A stretch of 64,000 bases of DNA from Escherichia phage Gostya9: the sequence record NC_047979.1. One strand, given 5' to 3'. Numbering within the stretch: the first letter of the stretch is position 1; each line of letters begins with the position of its first letter. Of the stretch, positions 35,441 to 45,410 are shown one piece after another. The notes beneath the pieces were generated by a model. The model saw nothing but the letters and a program-made list of their open reading frames with translations, was not told the origin of the DNA and ran no database searches. A program made the translations under genes and the position numbers.

Positions 35441-36142
35441 TCAAATTTTCATTTTTTCGATCATAGCTGCAACACAATAGCTCTCAACTAAGGCATCGAA
35501 TGCTGGGTCGTGCTTAACCGGATATATCCCGTAACGAATGGTGTCCATCTTCTCCATTTTAGCTATTGCCCAGCTAATACCTTCGGTCTCTAGAGCCTTA
35601 TAACTGTATCCAGCTTGCATCCAGAGATTACGAAGGGATCGAACATTACCCAAATTCCAGAATTTCCACGGAACTATTTCTTCATTGGTTCCAGCATGGA
35701 AAGTGTTTGCAGAGTAGATAGTCATATCAAACTCTGGGCCATTGCCATAATACAAAGCATTTTCGCCTAGAGCCAATTCCATAATGTTTTTAGCCATAGA
35801 ATAAGCTGCATAGTTAGAGCCGAGCTTATTAGTACAGTGATGTTTACCATCTTGAAAAGCAATCAGCTTTGGATTACGCTCGTTCATAGCTTCCATAATG
35901 TGGAAAGCAGACGGACTATTTTTAGCTTGATCCATCCAGAATGCTAGAGTAGATGCTGTAACTTTGGCACCAGAATTAAGCTGATCCTGCACATCCAAAG
36001 TAACAAACACTAGATCAGGGTCTTTATCAATTCCGTGCATAGCCACAAAAGCGAAAGAAGGCATTACGATATGAGTAGTACCACAATCTCCCGGAGTTCC
36101 TAGAGATTCAATATCTAACATACCAAATGGTTTTACTTTCAT
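35441..36142 (-). CDS. DEDDh-type 3'-5' exonuclease-like protein
   Basis: 233 aa; MLDIESLG (Exo I-like D-x-E) and HDPAFDA (Exo III-like) motifs. Confidence 0.5.
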   Translation of the reverse strand: MKVKPFGMLDIESLGTPGDCGTTHIVMPSFAFVAMHGIDKDPDLVFVTLDVQDQLNSGAKVTASTLAFWMDQAKNSPSAFHIMEAMNERNPKLIAFQDGKHHCTNKLGSNYAAYSMAKNIMELALGENALYYGNGPEFDMTIYSANTFHAGTNEEIVPWKFWNLGNVRSLRNLWMQAGYSYKALETEGISWAIAKMEKMDTIRYGIYPVKHDPAFDALVESYCVAAMIEKMKI

Positions 36143-36170
36143 AACTTATCCTTTATTGTGTAGAAAACTA

Positions 36171-36407
36171 TTAAAGAGCTGTCTCTTTAATAGACTCCCA
36201 CTTCTTGGGGTCTTTAAAACCAGGAAGCATATCTTCACTAACATCCCAGTTTTCTTCCGTAGAAAAGTCTGGCCATTCATTCCAACTATCTTCCAGCTCT
36301 TCATACCAGGTATCCATTACCTCATGACTAGAAAGTCGTGTATAATCTCTAGCGGATTTATGAGTGCTAGCACGGTTAAAATCATTCTTTGCTACAAAAT
36401 TACGCAT
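36171..36407 (-). CDS. small acidic protein
   Basis: 78-aa ORF. Confidence 0.4.
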   Translation of the reverse strand: MRNFVAKNDFNRASTHKSARDYTRLSSHEVMDTWYEELEDSWNEWPDFSTEENWDVSEDMLPGFKDPKKWESIKETAL

Positions 36408-36420
36408 AGTTTCTCCAAAA

Positions 36421-36442
36421 ATATGAGGGGCTTTCGCCCCTC
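36421..36442 (-). terminator. rho-independent terminator
   Basis: GAGGGGC-TTTC-GCCCCTC hairpin followed on minus strand by ATATTTTTGG. Confidence 0.55.
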
Positions 36443-36449
36443 TTATCTA

Positions 36450-36965
36450 TTACTTCGCTTTACGTTTACGAGCTGGTTTAGCGGATTTACGAGCAGAATC
36501 ACCCGTAAATTTAATACCCACACCATAGCATAGAGCACGAACGTTATCTTTGCTATATTCTACGCCGAAGATATTTGGCTTAACAGAACCAAACTGGCCA
36601 CGAGTATCACGCAGTACATCTGCCGTTGGTTTACGCTTCTGGTTAACTGCTTTCTCATAGTCTTTCATGGCCATGCCATTACGAGGGAACAACTCAGCTC
36701 CAGCATTGAAACTCAGTGTTACTGGAACAGATTTGTGACCGTAACCCTGTACATAGGTTACGAGGCGGACTACAGAACGAGTAGCATTCTTAGCCTTCGG
36801 CTTTTGACGAATCGGAGCCGGACGATTCAGTGCCTGTGCAGCTTGAGCATCAGTAGGATGCTTGCGCAGGTGGCGTTCCAGACGAGCTTTGCGGTTAGCC
36901 TCAGTCTGTGGGAAAGTTTTAACTGCCGGAGCTGCTTGAGTTTTTGCGTTTTTCTGCTTAGCCAT
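36450..36965 (-). CDS. basic hypothetical protein
   Basis: 171-aa ORF, Lys/Arg-rich. Confidence 0.5.
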   Translation of the reverse strand: MAKQKNAKTQAAPAVKTFPQTEANRKARLERHLRKHPTDAQAAQALNRPAPIRQKPKAKNATRSVVRLVTYVQGYGHKSVPVTLSFNAGAELFPRNGMAMKDYEKAVNQKRKPTADVLRDTRGQFGSVKPNIFGVEYSKDNVRALCYGVGIKFTGDSARKSAKPARKRKAK

Positions 36966-37003
36966 TATTTGTTTTCCTTTTTGTTTATCAATTTATGAAG
37001 TAT

Positions 37004-37032
37004 ATTATACGAGAATTTGAAGCGTTTAGCAA
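37004..37032 (-). promoter_or_regulatory. sigma70-type early promoter
   Basis: TTGCTA-17-TATAAT on minus strand. Confidence 0.65.
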
Positions 37033-37048
37033 ATGAATTTTTTAAAAA

Positions 37049-37327
37049 TTATCTGCCAACCATCTTAGCTTGTTCGGCATCTGAGACATATTGATACGCT
37101 CCTTTATTATACGCTGGAGCAGTACACATTTTCTTACGCTCAATCTCTTCTTGAGCTTTTCTTTCGCGTTCAGCTAATTCTTCATCCAGATAAACTAAAC
37201 GTTGTTCTGGAGGAGGTGGAAGACGTGTTTCTGGCTCCCCAATATTAGCCTTTCTTATTTGACGAGGTGATTGTACACGTTTTCTCAACGGTTTAAATCC
37301 TAATGAATTTGAGTTATAAATTCGCAT
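37049..37327 (-). CDS. hypothetical protein
   Basis: 92-aa ORF. Confidence 0.45.
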   Translation of the reverse strand: MRIYNSNSLGFKPLRKRVQSPRQIRKANIGEPETRLPPPPEQRLVYLDEELAERERKAQEEIERKKMCTAPAYNKGAYQYVSDAEQAKMVGR

Positions 37328-37354
37328 AAAGCCCTCCTCACTTTCAATACGAAT

Positions 37355-37383
37355 ATTATACTAAATTAGAGGGCTTTAAGCAA
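37355..37383 (-). promoter_or_regulatory. sigma70-type early promoter flanked by 9-bp inverted repeat
   Basis: TTGCTT-17-TATAAT; AAAGCCCTC / GAGGGCTTT flank the element. Confidence 0.6.
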
Positions 37384-37403
37384 CTGAATTTTTAAATTAT
37401 TTA

Positions 37404-37880
37404 TTACATCTCCGCAAGTTCTTGCTCAGTAATAACTGTGTTACACAGTGCATCTACAGCTTCATTACCACTAATACCAGAATGTCCTTTAACCTTAATA
37501 AAGGTAGGATTAGTATTATGAAAGTTGATATACTGCTGTGTTAATTTAAATGCTTCCTGCCACAGCTCTAGGTTAAGAGGAACTTCACCATCTGCTTTCT
37601 TCCAGCCTTTCCTTTGCCAAGAGAACATCCAGCTTTCCATGCCATTTTTGCAATAAGCAGAGTCAGTATAGATAACACTTGGTCTATTATCCTTTTTAAC
37701 GGACCAACGTAGAGCTTCTACAATAGCCGTGAGTTCCATCTCATTATTTGTAGTTTTAGGATTATAACCAGATTTAGAGCCTAAACGATCGTCATTATCA
37801 TCATAGACAATAAAACCCCAAGCACCCGGGCCAGGGTTGGACTTACAAGCACCATCTGTGTAAATGTGGAAAACCGACAT
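37404..37880 (-). CDS. rnhA: ribonuclease HI
   Basis: 158 aa; YTDGAC..NPGPG..NNEMEL..YTDS..GHSG..NE.VD motifs of RNase H. Confidence 0.8.
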   Translation of the reverse strand: MSVFHIYTDGACKSNPGPGAWGFIVYDDNDDRLGSKSGYNPKTTNNEMELTAIVEALRWSVKKDNRPSVIYTDSAYCKNGMESWMFSWQRKGWKKADGEVPLNLELWQEAFKLTQQYINFHNTNPTFIKVKGHSGISGNEAVDALCNTVITEQELAEM

Positions 37881-37882
37881 TA

Positions 37883-38392
37883 TTATTCCCCTTCGTAGGT
37901 ATCTTCAGGCCAATGTGATGGTTCACTATCTGCTGGTTTATACATTCTAGGTAGTGCTAATAGTGAGAGAAAAGCTGGCTCACTAAAGTAGTGAGTATAT
38001 TCTTTAAACTCTGAGAACCACTCAGTTACCTCTTGAATATCCTCTTCACAAGGTGAGAGAGTTTCTATGGAACAGGTTGCACCCCTCTTAGGTTTGGTTT
38101 TATAATAGTCATCTAGTACTCTTTGAACCTTCTGTGCTGTTTCCTCAGCAGTTAAAGATTCATCACACTCTATACTATCTATCTCCTCTGCTAGATAGTC
38201 CGGCCATTCCTCTCCCTGACCTACTCCATCATAACGAATGACTGGCTGGCAGTCCTCATCACTATTTAGTGCATGTAGTTCCATATAATGGAACGTTTGG
38301 GCTATTACATCTAGCAGCAACTTTAGTTGCTCTTTTGAGGCTGTCCCTTCTTTGTACTTAATATAGGCATTAGCTACTTTTGGATTAATCAT
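37883..38392 (-). CDS. hypothetical acidic protein
   Basis: 169-aa ORF. Confidence 0.45.
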   Translation of the reverse strand: MINPKVANAYIKYKEGTASKEQLKLLLDVIAQTFHYMELHALNSDEDCQPVIRYDGVGQGEEWPDYLAEEIDSIECDESLTAEETAQKVQRVLDDYYKTKPKRGATCSIETLSPCEEDIQEVTEWFSEFKEYTHYFSEPAFLSLLALPRMYKPADSEPSHWPEDTYEGE

Positions 38393-38426
38393 ATTCGTAT
38401 TTATCCTTTGTTTATTAATTGAGTAT

Positions 38427-38455
38427 ATTATATTTAAATTTCACTAAATAAGCAA
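38427..38455 (-). promoter_or_regulatory. sigma70-type early promoter
   Basis: TTGCTT-17-TATAAT on minus strand. Confidence 0.65.
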
Positions 38456-38493
38456 ATGAAATTTAAGTATAATAGCCCCGAAGGCTATTTAAA

Positions 38494-39267
38494 TTATACA
38501 AACTCATACGCCGGGAACTTAGGTGAACGAACTCTATTACCTATAGTCGCTGTGGAACACCCCAATGCTCTAGCTGCTGCACTCATACTAACGTATTCCA
38601 CACCATCCACACGTACTGCCTTAAAGTGAGTAGGAATGGGTGTCTTTCCCTCTCTAATACTTTCTTGGTACTGCTTAGAAGCCTGAGACATCTTGCTCAG
38701 AGCCTCTTCAGTGTGCTTCTTCCCATAAAAGGAGTTATTCTCACCTGTTCGATCCCTACAACTATTACAGTACTCCCCATTAGTGTTATTAAGGGCTAGT
38801 AGGGAACCACAATCAATACATGTTTTTGAGCGAGTAGATACTCCTCCCTTCCAGTTATAGTTTAGCTCGCCTGGTCTACTCCACCGGGCTTTTCTTTCTT
38901 CTTTAGATAAGGACGCTATATGCTTTCTAACACTCTCACTAATTCTCTTAATAATCTCCTCTCTTCGAGGATTATTTGTGAGATTATCCCCGCCACCGTA
39001 GCTACCTATGTTGAACTCTGCTCCCAGCTCCTTAGCCCACTCTTCTTCTAGTAAGAACTGCTGATCTACTTCTTCAGTAGTATCTAAGATGTCAAATACA
39101 AAGTCTTGCTTTCCGGTTTTATCATAAGCTCTCTGTAGAAAAGCGTTATGGTGGTTCCCCTTACTTAGTGAGTAAAAATGTTTACGCTTTCTAGCCTCAA
39201 TATCCTTAGTCGATCCAACGTACTGTCTTCCCGTAGATAGCTGAGTTATACTATAGATGTAAATCAT
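38494..39267 (-). CDS. GIY-YIG homing endonuclease with NUMOD-like repeats and C-terminal HTH
   Basis: 257 aa; N-terminal IYIYSITQLSTGRQYVGST..R..H (GIY-YIG), repeated N..GG..NSFYGKKHTEE modules, C-terminal HTH; start overlaps thyA stop. Confidence 0.7.
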   Translation of the reverse strand: MIYIYSITQLSTGRQYVGSTKDIEARKRKHFYSLSKGNHHNAFLQRAYDKTGKQDFVFDILDTTEEVDQQFLLEEEWAKELGAEFNIGSYGGGDNLTNNPRREEIIKRISESVRKHIASLSKEERKARWSRPGELNYNWKGGVSTRSKTCIDCGSLLALNNTNGEYCNSCRDRTGENNSFYGKKHTEEALSKMSQASKQYQESIREGKTPIPTHFKAVRVDGVEYVSMSAAARALGCSTATIGNRVRSPKFPAYEFV

Positions 39268-40097
39268 GCTGCCATTTTACCAGTTAATTTAGGGTGATGT
39301 TTATATTCTTCCAGGATAAAGTCTTTGGGTGTTAGGGCCAGAAGATCTTCTAAGGAAGAGAAGTTTGGCAGTACTAGTCTAGGTAGCTCCAGGGGTTCTC
39401 TAGTTACTTGCTCCTTTACTTGGTCTAGGTGATTTAAGTAAATATGAGTGTCCACAAGATGTCCTGTTACTGACCCAGGTTTCTTTCCTGTGAGTGCAGC
39501 TAAAATATGACAGAGTAAGGCATAGCTAGCTATATTAAATGGTAATCCTAGAAATACATCACAACTAACCTGGTACCATGTTAAGTGTAGGTGTCCATCT
39601 CTTTGGTTTACAGAGAACATTACGTGGCAGGGAGAAAGCACAACGTCGTCAAGTTTTGCAGGATTCCATGCTGAGACTACCATTTTTCTATTATGAAAAA
39701 TATCGGATTTGATATCCTCGATTAGTTTCATAATCTGGTCTGTACCGAAGAAGTCTCTCCAGTTTTTCCCATAAATATATCCCAGATAACCTTCAGTGTA
39801 GCCTTTTTCGACCCCTTGTTTTTCATAATTAGGATGCCAGATAGTACGCTTCTCTCCTCTAGTCCCATGAGTATACTCTTCTAGATCATACAAGTTAGTA
39901 GATCCTGAGAGGAACCACAACAACTCCCCTACCACGGATTTCCACGCTAGTGCTTTTGTTGTTACTGCTGGAAACCCTTTAGTAAGGTCAAAAGAGACAA
40001 TATTATTTAGGGAAGAGATAGTACCTACACCTGTCCGGTCAGACACGTGGGTTCCCTCAGATAAAACTTTATTAATTAAATCAATATACTGTTTCAT
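39264..40097 (-). CDS. thyA: thymidylate synthase
   Basis: 277 aa; catalytic region SPCHVMFSV..LTWYQVSCD..LGLPFNIASYALL conserved. Confidence 0.9.
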   Translation of the reverse strand: MKQYIDLINKVLSEGTHVSDRTGVGTISSLNNIVSFDLTKGFPAVTTKALAWKSVVGELLWFLSGSTNLYDLEEYTHGTRGEKRTIWHPNYEKQGVEKGYTEGYLGYIYGKNWRDFFGTDQIMKLIEDIKSDIFHNRKMVVSAWNPAKLDDVVLSPCHVMFSVNQRDGHLHLTWYQVSCDVFLGLPFNIASYALLCHILAALTGKKPGSVTGHLVDTHIYLNHLDQVKEQVTREPLELPRLVLPNFSSLEDLLALTPKDFILEEYKHHPKLTGKMAA

Positions 40098-40630
40098 TAA
40101 TAAGTAACCAATTCCTGTACAAATCGCAGGCTGTTATCACTGTTTGCGCCAACTGCATAGACTAATCTAGTGGATTCATAGTTATAATCCAGTATCATAC
40201 TATCTAGGTATGTATCTGCCTCTAGCTTCTGTTCGCTAAAGATTGTAGATACAAAAGCACTTTCTATATGCCCATGTTGGTACATTTCTAGAAGAAGATT
40301 AGCTCCGCCTAGAACTACTGTTTGCTGATCTTTTAGAAAAGTAGGTAATGTATCACCTATCATTGATATGGGAGTGTAAATATCATGTGTAATATCGTCT
40401 GGCAGTGGACGATCAGCACGAATAAATAGGTCAGAAGTTCCAATCATACGTTCCCTAACGGCGTATGGAAGAGCTAAATAAGTACCTGCCCCAATAATAA
40501 TATTATCAGGATTTAGTACATCTAATTGTGAATAAAAAGCATCTAGTTCTTCTTTAAAAGAACCCCAGGGAAGCTTACCTCGGAGGCCGAACTCCCCATT
40601 CGGCCCAACTGCATACATTGCACTAATCAT
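40097..40630 (-). CDS. dihydrofolate reductase
   Basis: 177 aa; N-terminal MISAMYAVGPNGEFG..LPW DHFR signature; start overlaps nrdB stop. Confidence 0.8.
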   Translation of the reverse strand: MISAMYAVGPNGEFGLRGKLPWGSFKEELDAFYSQLDVLNPDNIIIGAGTYLALPYAVRERMIGTSDLFIRADRPLPDDITHDIYTPISMIGDTLPTFLKDQQTVVLGGANLLLEMYQHGHIESAFVSTIFSEQKLEADTYLDSMILDYNYESTRLVYAVGANSDNSLRFVQELVTY

Positions 40631-41772
40631 AGGAAATCTCCAAATTCATTGCCCAGATCTTTTAGAGTATCAGTAGAAGTCTCAGTTACCTGACCTACAC
40701 GATAGGCTGCACCAATCTGGATTTCTTGTGGAGCAGGCTGTAGAGAAGTAGTATCCAACCAGTTCATGATCCACGGAATAGGGTTTTTAGTGATTACTGG
40801 TAAGTGACTAGGCCATTCTACGCCAATGTGCATAAACGCGTTACGTCCCACAAAGTACAGGTACTCTTCTAGCAGTTCTGCATTCAGACCAATCAGACTG
40901 CGACCTTTGAAAATGAAATGACCCCATTCAATTTCAGTTTTCAGAGTTTTCAGGAGCTGTGCTGGTGCTTTAGCCACTGCCTCATCTACCAGATCTTTGT
41001 CAAACTGCTGGAACATAATCTGGATGATTGTTTTAGACATCTGGGTGTGCAGAGCTTCATCTTTAGCGATCAATTGCAGATTTTTAGCGATACCTTGCAG
41101 AATATCGTTCTCTGCTAACGCAAAGGTGCACGCAAAGGATGCGTAGAATTGCATTGCTTCCAGACCGTAGATTGCAAAATAAGCATCTAACAGTTTAGCC
41201 TGAGTTTCACGCTTAACTTCAGGGAACTCAGTTTCTGGGTACGTATTGTCACCACGATGATCACGTACTGCGATGAAATACTGACCTAACTGGTACAGTT
41301 CATCGAACAGCTCAACAGAATCTGCGATACGTGCAAATGCTTCTTGGTTTTTAGTTACAGAATCAATAAATTCTGCCGGATCAGTCAGCACATTACGAAT
41401 AATGTTACTATAAGCACGGCTATGCAGGTCTTCAAAGTAGCTCCACTGCTTGAGCATACCTTCTAGTTCTGGACGGCTTACCAGCGGCATAATAGCTGCT
41501 TCAGGCGCTCGACTGATAAAGGAATCAGTTTGAGTCTGCCATGCTAAGTTCAGGAGTGTGATTTCCTGAATTTCACGTGGGAGATTGGGCCATTGTTTCT
41601 TATCGGCTTCTAAACTGATTTCTGTCTCAGTCCAAAATTGCGAGCGTTGCAGAAGTGCCAGACGCTCTAATTCTGGGTGTGCTACGCGTACATAATCTGC
41701 GATACCTAGAGAATCGCCCAGGAAAAGATCAGCGTTAGTATGATCCCAATTCAGGTTTAGTAAAGTAGTCAT
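40627..41772 (-). CDS. nrdB: ribonucleotide reductase class Ia beta subunit
   Basis: 381 aa; di-iron/tyrosyl-radical family architecture with conserved E..H and FY regions. Confidence 0.85.
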   Translation of the reverse strand: MTTLLNLNWDHTNADLFLGDSLGIADYVRVAHPELERLALLQRSQFWTETEISLEADKKQWPNLPREIQEITLLNLAWQTQTDSFISRAPEAAIMPLVSRPELEGMLKQWSYFEDLHSRAYSNIIRNVLTDPAEFIDSVTKNQEAFARIADSVELFDELYQLGQYFIAVRDHRGDNTYPETEFPEVKRETQAKLLDAYFAIYGLEAMQFYASFACTFALAENDILQGIAKNLQLIAKDEALHTQMSKTIIQIMFQQFDKDLVDEAVAKAPAQLLKTLKTEIEWGHFIFKGRSLIGLNAELLEEYLYFVGRNAFMHIGVEWPSHLPVITKNPIPWIMNWLDTTSLQPAPQEIQIGAAYRVGQVTETSTDTLKDLGNEFGDFL

Positions 41773-41803
41773 TGATTTTCCTCTTTCTCACTATTTCAGG
41801 AAT

Positions 41804-41832
41804 ATTATAGCAAATCAGATAGCGATTAGCAA
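41804..41832 (-). promoter_or_regulatory. sigma70-type promoter for nrdB
   Basis: TTGCTA-17-TATAAT on minus strand. Confidence 0.65.
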
Positions 41833-41848
41833 GTAAAATTTCAAAGAA

Positions 41849-41877
41849 AAAGGAGACCCGAAGATCTCCTTATTTTT
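41849..41877 (-). terminator. rho-independent terminator after nrdA
   Basis: GGAGA..TTCG..TCTCC hairpin followed on minus strand by TTTTT. Confidence 0.5.
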
Positions 41878-41878
41878 A

Positions 41879-44209
41879 TTAGATAGTACAACCACCAGAA
41901 GCACAGCCCGCTGCTTCTTCACCAGCCCCACCACCATTTGCAGTGTTGAAGTTAGCATAATACCAAGTCTTCCAACCATATTTAACAGCAGTCATGAAAT
42001 CACGAACTACTACTGGGCCAGGAATAATTTCATTCTCAAACTTGGTGTAGTCATAGTACATATTCGTACTGATAGACTGACTGAAGAATTTCTGCATAGT
42101 TGCTACCCATTTGATCCATTCAATACGATCCACATCATAAGCCAGTTTATAGCTCATGAGAGTATCCCAATCAGTTGCACCTGGAGCGATTGCAATTACT
42201 TTATTCACTGCACTACCCTTGATAGATACAATCTTACGAGGTGGTTCAATAGAGTTAGTAACCCCCAACAGAACGGAAGAACTTTCTCCAGGCATCTGCG
42301 CAGTCAGAACAGAGTTACGCATACCGTATTTCAGAATATCTGCACGCAGAGATTCCCAATCCATTTCTAGACCTACGGATACCAGCTCATCAACAGTTTT
42401 CTTATACGTGTCGATTACCAGTGTTCCTTTAGATGGTTTAGTACGATTAAACCATTCACACGCACCTTGCTCTTTGGCTAGACGTACAGAGGCTTTATGC
42501 AGGAAGTAAGACAGTTTTTCAGCTTCACGATGAATCCAGTTACGTGCTTCAACGCCTTCATAAGCCAAACCTTCCGCCGCCATTGCACCTGCTGCGTTCA
42601 TCAGACCAATACCAACGTTACGACGTTTCTTAGCTGTATATTCCATAGTTGGGAACGGGTAATCCTGAATTTCAATGATGGTATCAACGAATTTCAGAAG
42701 AATATAGCAAGTTTTTTCCCACTCAGCCAGAGATTCCATGCGTCCAAGTACAACACCACCTAAGTTACACAGAGATACTTCCCCAATATCCTCCGGCTTC
42801 ATTTGATCAAGTTGTTCTTTTGTTTTATACAGCTCTGTAATGTGGTGGAATGGGCGTGTAGGCTGAGTAATTTCAAGGCATAAGTTACTCATACGGATCG
42901 GATCAAGGAAGTTACCGTGACGATTAGATTCCCCGATGTGGTGCGCATACATACGTCCTGTTTCCATTCGGATACGTAGCCAAGTATCTAGGATTTCTTT
43001 TGCAGAGACTTTAGGAGCTGCTGGAACTGTTTTTCCTTCGTGGTCGATCTTTGTAAGAGATGCCACACGTTTCTCCGCTGCCGCATAGATTTCTTCAAAT
43101 TTAGCCTCGTCATCACTATAAAACGCTTCATGAACTTCTGGAGCATAGAAGTATGACATTAGCGTAATATCTTCATTTTTCAGATAACGTTTTAACAAAA
43201 GATTATTAAAGTTCAGAGAATAATCCATCTTATCGATTTTATTCTCGTCTGTAGCACGTTGTTGCTTAACCTGCATCAACTGAATGATTTCAGGGTCAAA
43301 GTAAGGATAGGATACAGTAGCAGAACCACCACGAGTTTGCTGAGTATTAGCCTTTACTGATCGGTCAATGTGTCGATAATATGGCAGTTTTCCGGAATGC
43401 GGGAATGCCCCGTTTCGCACCGGATCAGCAATTGATCGGCTTTCAAGATGATACCCGATTCCCGCTCTGGCTGCAACCATTTTGAAGACGATGTGTTCGG
43501 CTGTGTCGATTGAATCCAATGTGTCAGTGGAATCAACGAGGCAACAACTAGCAAATCCACGGTCACTAGAGCGCAAGCCAACCAATGGCGGCGTAGGAAC
43601 GTTGATCTTGTGGAGTGACATTGCATTGTAGAGATCGATTGCATCTAGAATTGTCCAGTTAGGTTGAGATAGCATCGCCATTGCCATGCCCATATAGGCA
43701 AACTGCGGGGTTTCGTAAATTTCGCCAGTTGCGATATTACGACGGGAATACTTATCAAAGAATTGTTTCAGTCCTCCACTAGTGAAAAGACGGTCGCGAT
43801 CATGGTCGATAACCTGATTCAGAGCCTCAAACTGCTCATCGGTAATCCATGCACTCATGTCTTCCCATGCACCTACACTAACCATATGATCGTGGAAGAA
43901 GCGTAGAGAAGGCGGTTCGAAGGAATCATAAAGGCGTTTACGCATCTGCGCAAGACGTAATTCCTTTGCTGGCACGTCGTATGCTGGGTTATCTTTGATA
44001 AGACTTTCAGCAGCTTTAATTAACGCATCCATCAGAGTATCGGAATCTACAACCCCTTTAGGTAGAGTTTTTTGAGCAGCCATAGTAATGGCTGACCAAC
44101 TTACATCAACTGTTTTGCAACCATACTCTGCCCAACCATTGAGTTTTTCAGGAGCAAAGTCTTCTACAGTACCGTCACGTTTAATTACTTTTTCAATGCG
44201 ATGGCTCAT
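41879..44209 (-). CDS. nrdA: ribonucleotide reductase class Ia alpha subunit
   Basis: start set at Met preceded by AAAGGA RBS (777 aa); N-terminal ATP-cone (MSHRIEKVIKRDG), C-terminal Cys pair. Confidence 0.85.
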   Translation of the reverse strand: MSHRIEKVIKRDGTVEDFAPEKLNGWAEYGCKTVDVSWSAITMAAQKTLPKGVVDSDTLMDALIKAAESLIKDNPAYDVPAKELRLAQMRKRLYDSFEPPSLRFFHDHMVSVGAWEDMSAWITDEQFEALNQVIDHDRDRLFTSGGLKQFFDKYSRRNIATGEIYETPQFAYMGMAMAMLSQPNWTILDAIDLYNAMSLHKINVPTPPLVGLRSSDRGFASCCLVDSTDTLDSIDTAEHIVFKMVAARAGIGYHLESRSIADPVRNGAFPHSGKLPYYRHIDRSVKANTQQTRGGSATVSYPYFDPEIIQLMQVKQQRATDENKIDKMDYSLNFNNLLLKRYLKNEDITLMSYFYAPEVHEAFYSDDEAKFEEIYAAAEKRVASLTKIDHEGKTVPAAPKVSAKEILDTWLRIRMETGRMYAHHIGESNRHGNFLDPIRMSNLCLEITQPTRPFHHITELYKTKEQLDQMKPEDIGEVSLCNLGGVVLGRMESLAEWEKTCYILLKFVDTIIEIQDYPFPTMEYTAKKRRNVGIGLMNAAGAMAAEGLAYEGVEARNWIHREAEKLSYFLHKASVRLAKEQGACEWFNRTKPSKGTLVIDTYKKTVDELVSVGLEMDWESLRADILKYGMRNSVLTAQMPGESSSVLLGVTNSIEPPRKIVSIKGSAVNKVIAIAPGATDWDTLMSYKLAYDVDRIEWIKWVATMQKFFSQSISTNMYYDYTKFENEIIPGPVVVRDFMTAVKYGWKTWYYANFNTANGGGAGEEAAGCASGGCTI

Positions 44210-44289
44210 TTGGTTTTCCTTTTTATGGTTATCAGAATTTAGGAAATAGTTTACTTTATTCTCAGTCATTTGGCAAATAAAATTTTCTG

Positions 44290-44324
44290 ATAGAAAAGGC
44301 CCGGGTATTTTCATACCCAGGCCT
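44290..44324 (-). terminator. rho-independent terminator
   Basis: AGGCCCGGGTAT..ATACCCAGGCCT hairpin followed on minus strand by TTTTCT. Confidence 0.55.
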
Positions 44325-44353
44325 TCTGTGTTGTCAGTCTAGTTTTTGGCCAC

Positions 44354-44551
44354 TTAAGTTCTCAGCAGAATATCTATTGAGGTACTTAGTTCATTATAAT
44401 TGAAGGGCCGATTTGGATTTGAGGTTACAATTTTCCACGCTAGGGTAGTCTTAGGACTATCTTCCCCTTCCTTACGTGTAATCATATTAGCAGCGCTCAA
44501 TGAGGTATGATGAATTTTAGTTTTTCGGCGTAGATGTACAACGTTTCCCAT
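44354..44551 (-). CDS. small hypothetical protein
   Basis: start moved to Met just downstream of phoH stop (65 aa). Confidence 0.4.
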   Translation of the reverse strand: MGNVVHLRRKTKIHHTSLSAANMITRKEGEDSPKTTLAWKIVTSNPNRPFNYNELSTSIDILLRT

Positions 44552-44552
44552 A

Positions 44553-45314
44553 CTACACCTTCCCCATGTCTTTAAAAATATCGTAGAATGCTTTAGACTC
44601 AGCAGAACGAACGTTATCAATCAATTCGATCATTGAGAATGGGGCATTTTCATACTTCTCATAAACTTCCATAAGAAGTGCTAGACCTGAGTCACCTTTA
44701 ATGTCTTTTTGGGCTATATCTCCACAGATAATTAAACGGCAGTCTTGTCCTACACGAGTTAGGAGACAAACCATTGCCTCAACGGAAATATTCTGAGCTT
44801 CATCGACAATTACATAGGAGTTGTTGAAAGTTCTGCCACGAGCATGTTCTATAGCCAAAAATTTAATTTTCTGACGTTCGACATATCCCTTATAGGCGTG
44901 ATCACCGATGGCCCATTTCATACCATCAGCTATTGGCTCCAACCAAGGCTCTAGCTTTTCTGCTAGATCACCAGGAAGCATACCAAGAGACTTACCTAGA
45001 GGTTCATTAGGACGGACGAGAATCACTTGCTCAATATCTGAGTGAGTGTCTACGAGTTCCTGAGCTGCAAGAACGGACGGGATAAAGGTTTTACCAGTAC
45101 CTGGCTCACCGATACCCACAGTCACTGTGTTGTTCTTGATCATATTGATATATGATTTTTGCTCGCGGTTTTTACCTACTAGGGATTTAGCAACTGGGTT
45201 GACGTAATCATTAGAAAAATCAGCCTGAATTACGTTACTCTCATATTTGTTGCCACGCTTTCTTGAACCATTGCGGTTCTCTCTTTTTTGACGTGCTTTT
45301 CCCATAAATAACAC
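44553..45314 (-). CDS. phoH: PhoH-like ATPase
   Basis: 253 aa; Walker A GEPGTGKTF; PhoH-family architecture. Confidence 0.8.
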   Translation of the reverse strand: MLFMGKARQKRENRNGSRKRGNKYESNVIQADFSNDYVNPVAKSLVGKNREQKSYINMIKNNTVTVGIGEPGTGKTFIPSVLAAQELVDTHSDIEQVILVRPNEPLGKSLGMLPGDLAEKLEPWLEPIADGMKWAIGDHAYKGYVERQKIKFLAIEHARGRTFNNSYVIVDEAQNISVEAMVCLLTRVGQDCRLIICGDIAQKDIKGDSGLALLMEVYEKYENAPFSMIELIDNVRSAESKAFYDIFKDMGKV

Positions 45315-45381
45315 TCCTATAGTGTACTTCGCTTCTAACAGAGGATCAACAAAAAGATCTTGTTTATCAACTTACAAATAT

Positions 45382-45410
45382 ATTATACCAGTATATATAG
45401 TAAAAAGCAA
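45382..45410 (-). promoter_or_regulatory. sigma70-type promoter for phoH
   Basis: TTGCTT-17-TATAAT on minus strand. Confidence 0.65.

Noticed and set aside
42156-43644. Antisense and alternate-frame ORFs inside nrdA (42156..42509, 42497..42763, 43354..43644)
   Set aside because: Embedded in a strongly conserved CDS with no independent signals.
41879-44314. Track start of nrdA at 44314, and similar N-terminal extensions of the helicase (59356), the origin-binding helicase (51254) and the GrcA-like gene (25409)
   Set aside because: The first ATG in each stop-to-stop ORF lies inside upstream terminator or promoter sequence and lacks an RBS; internal starts with good Shine-Dalgarno spacing were used instead.
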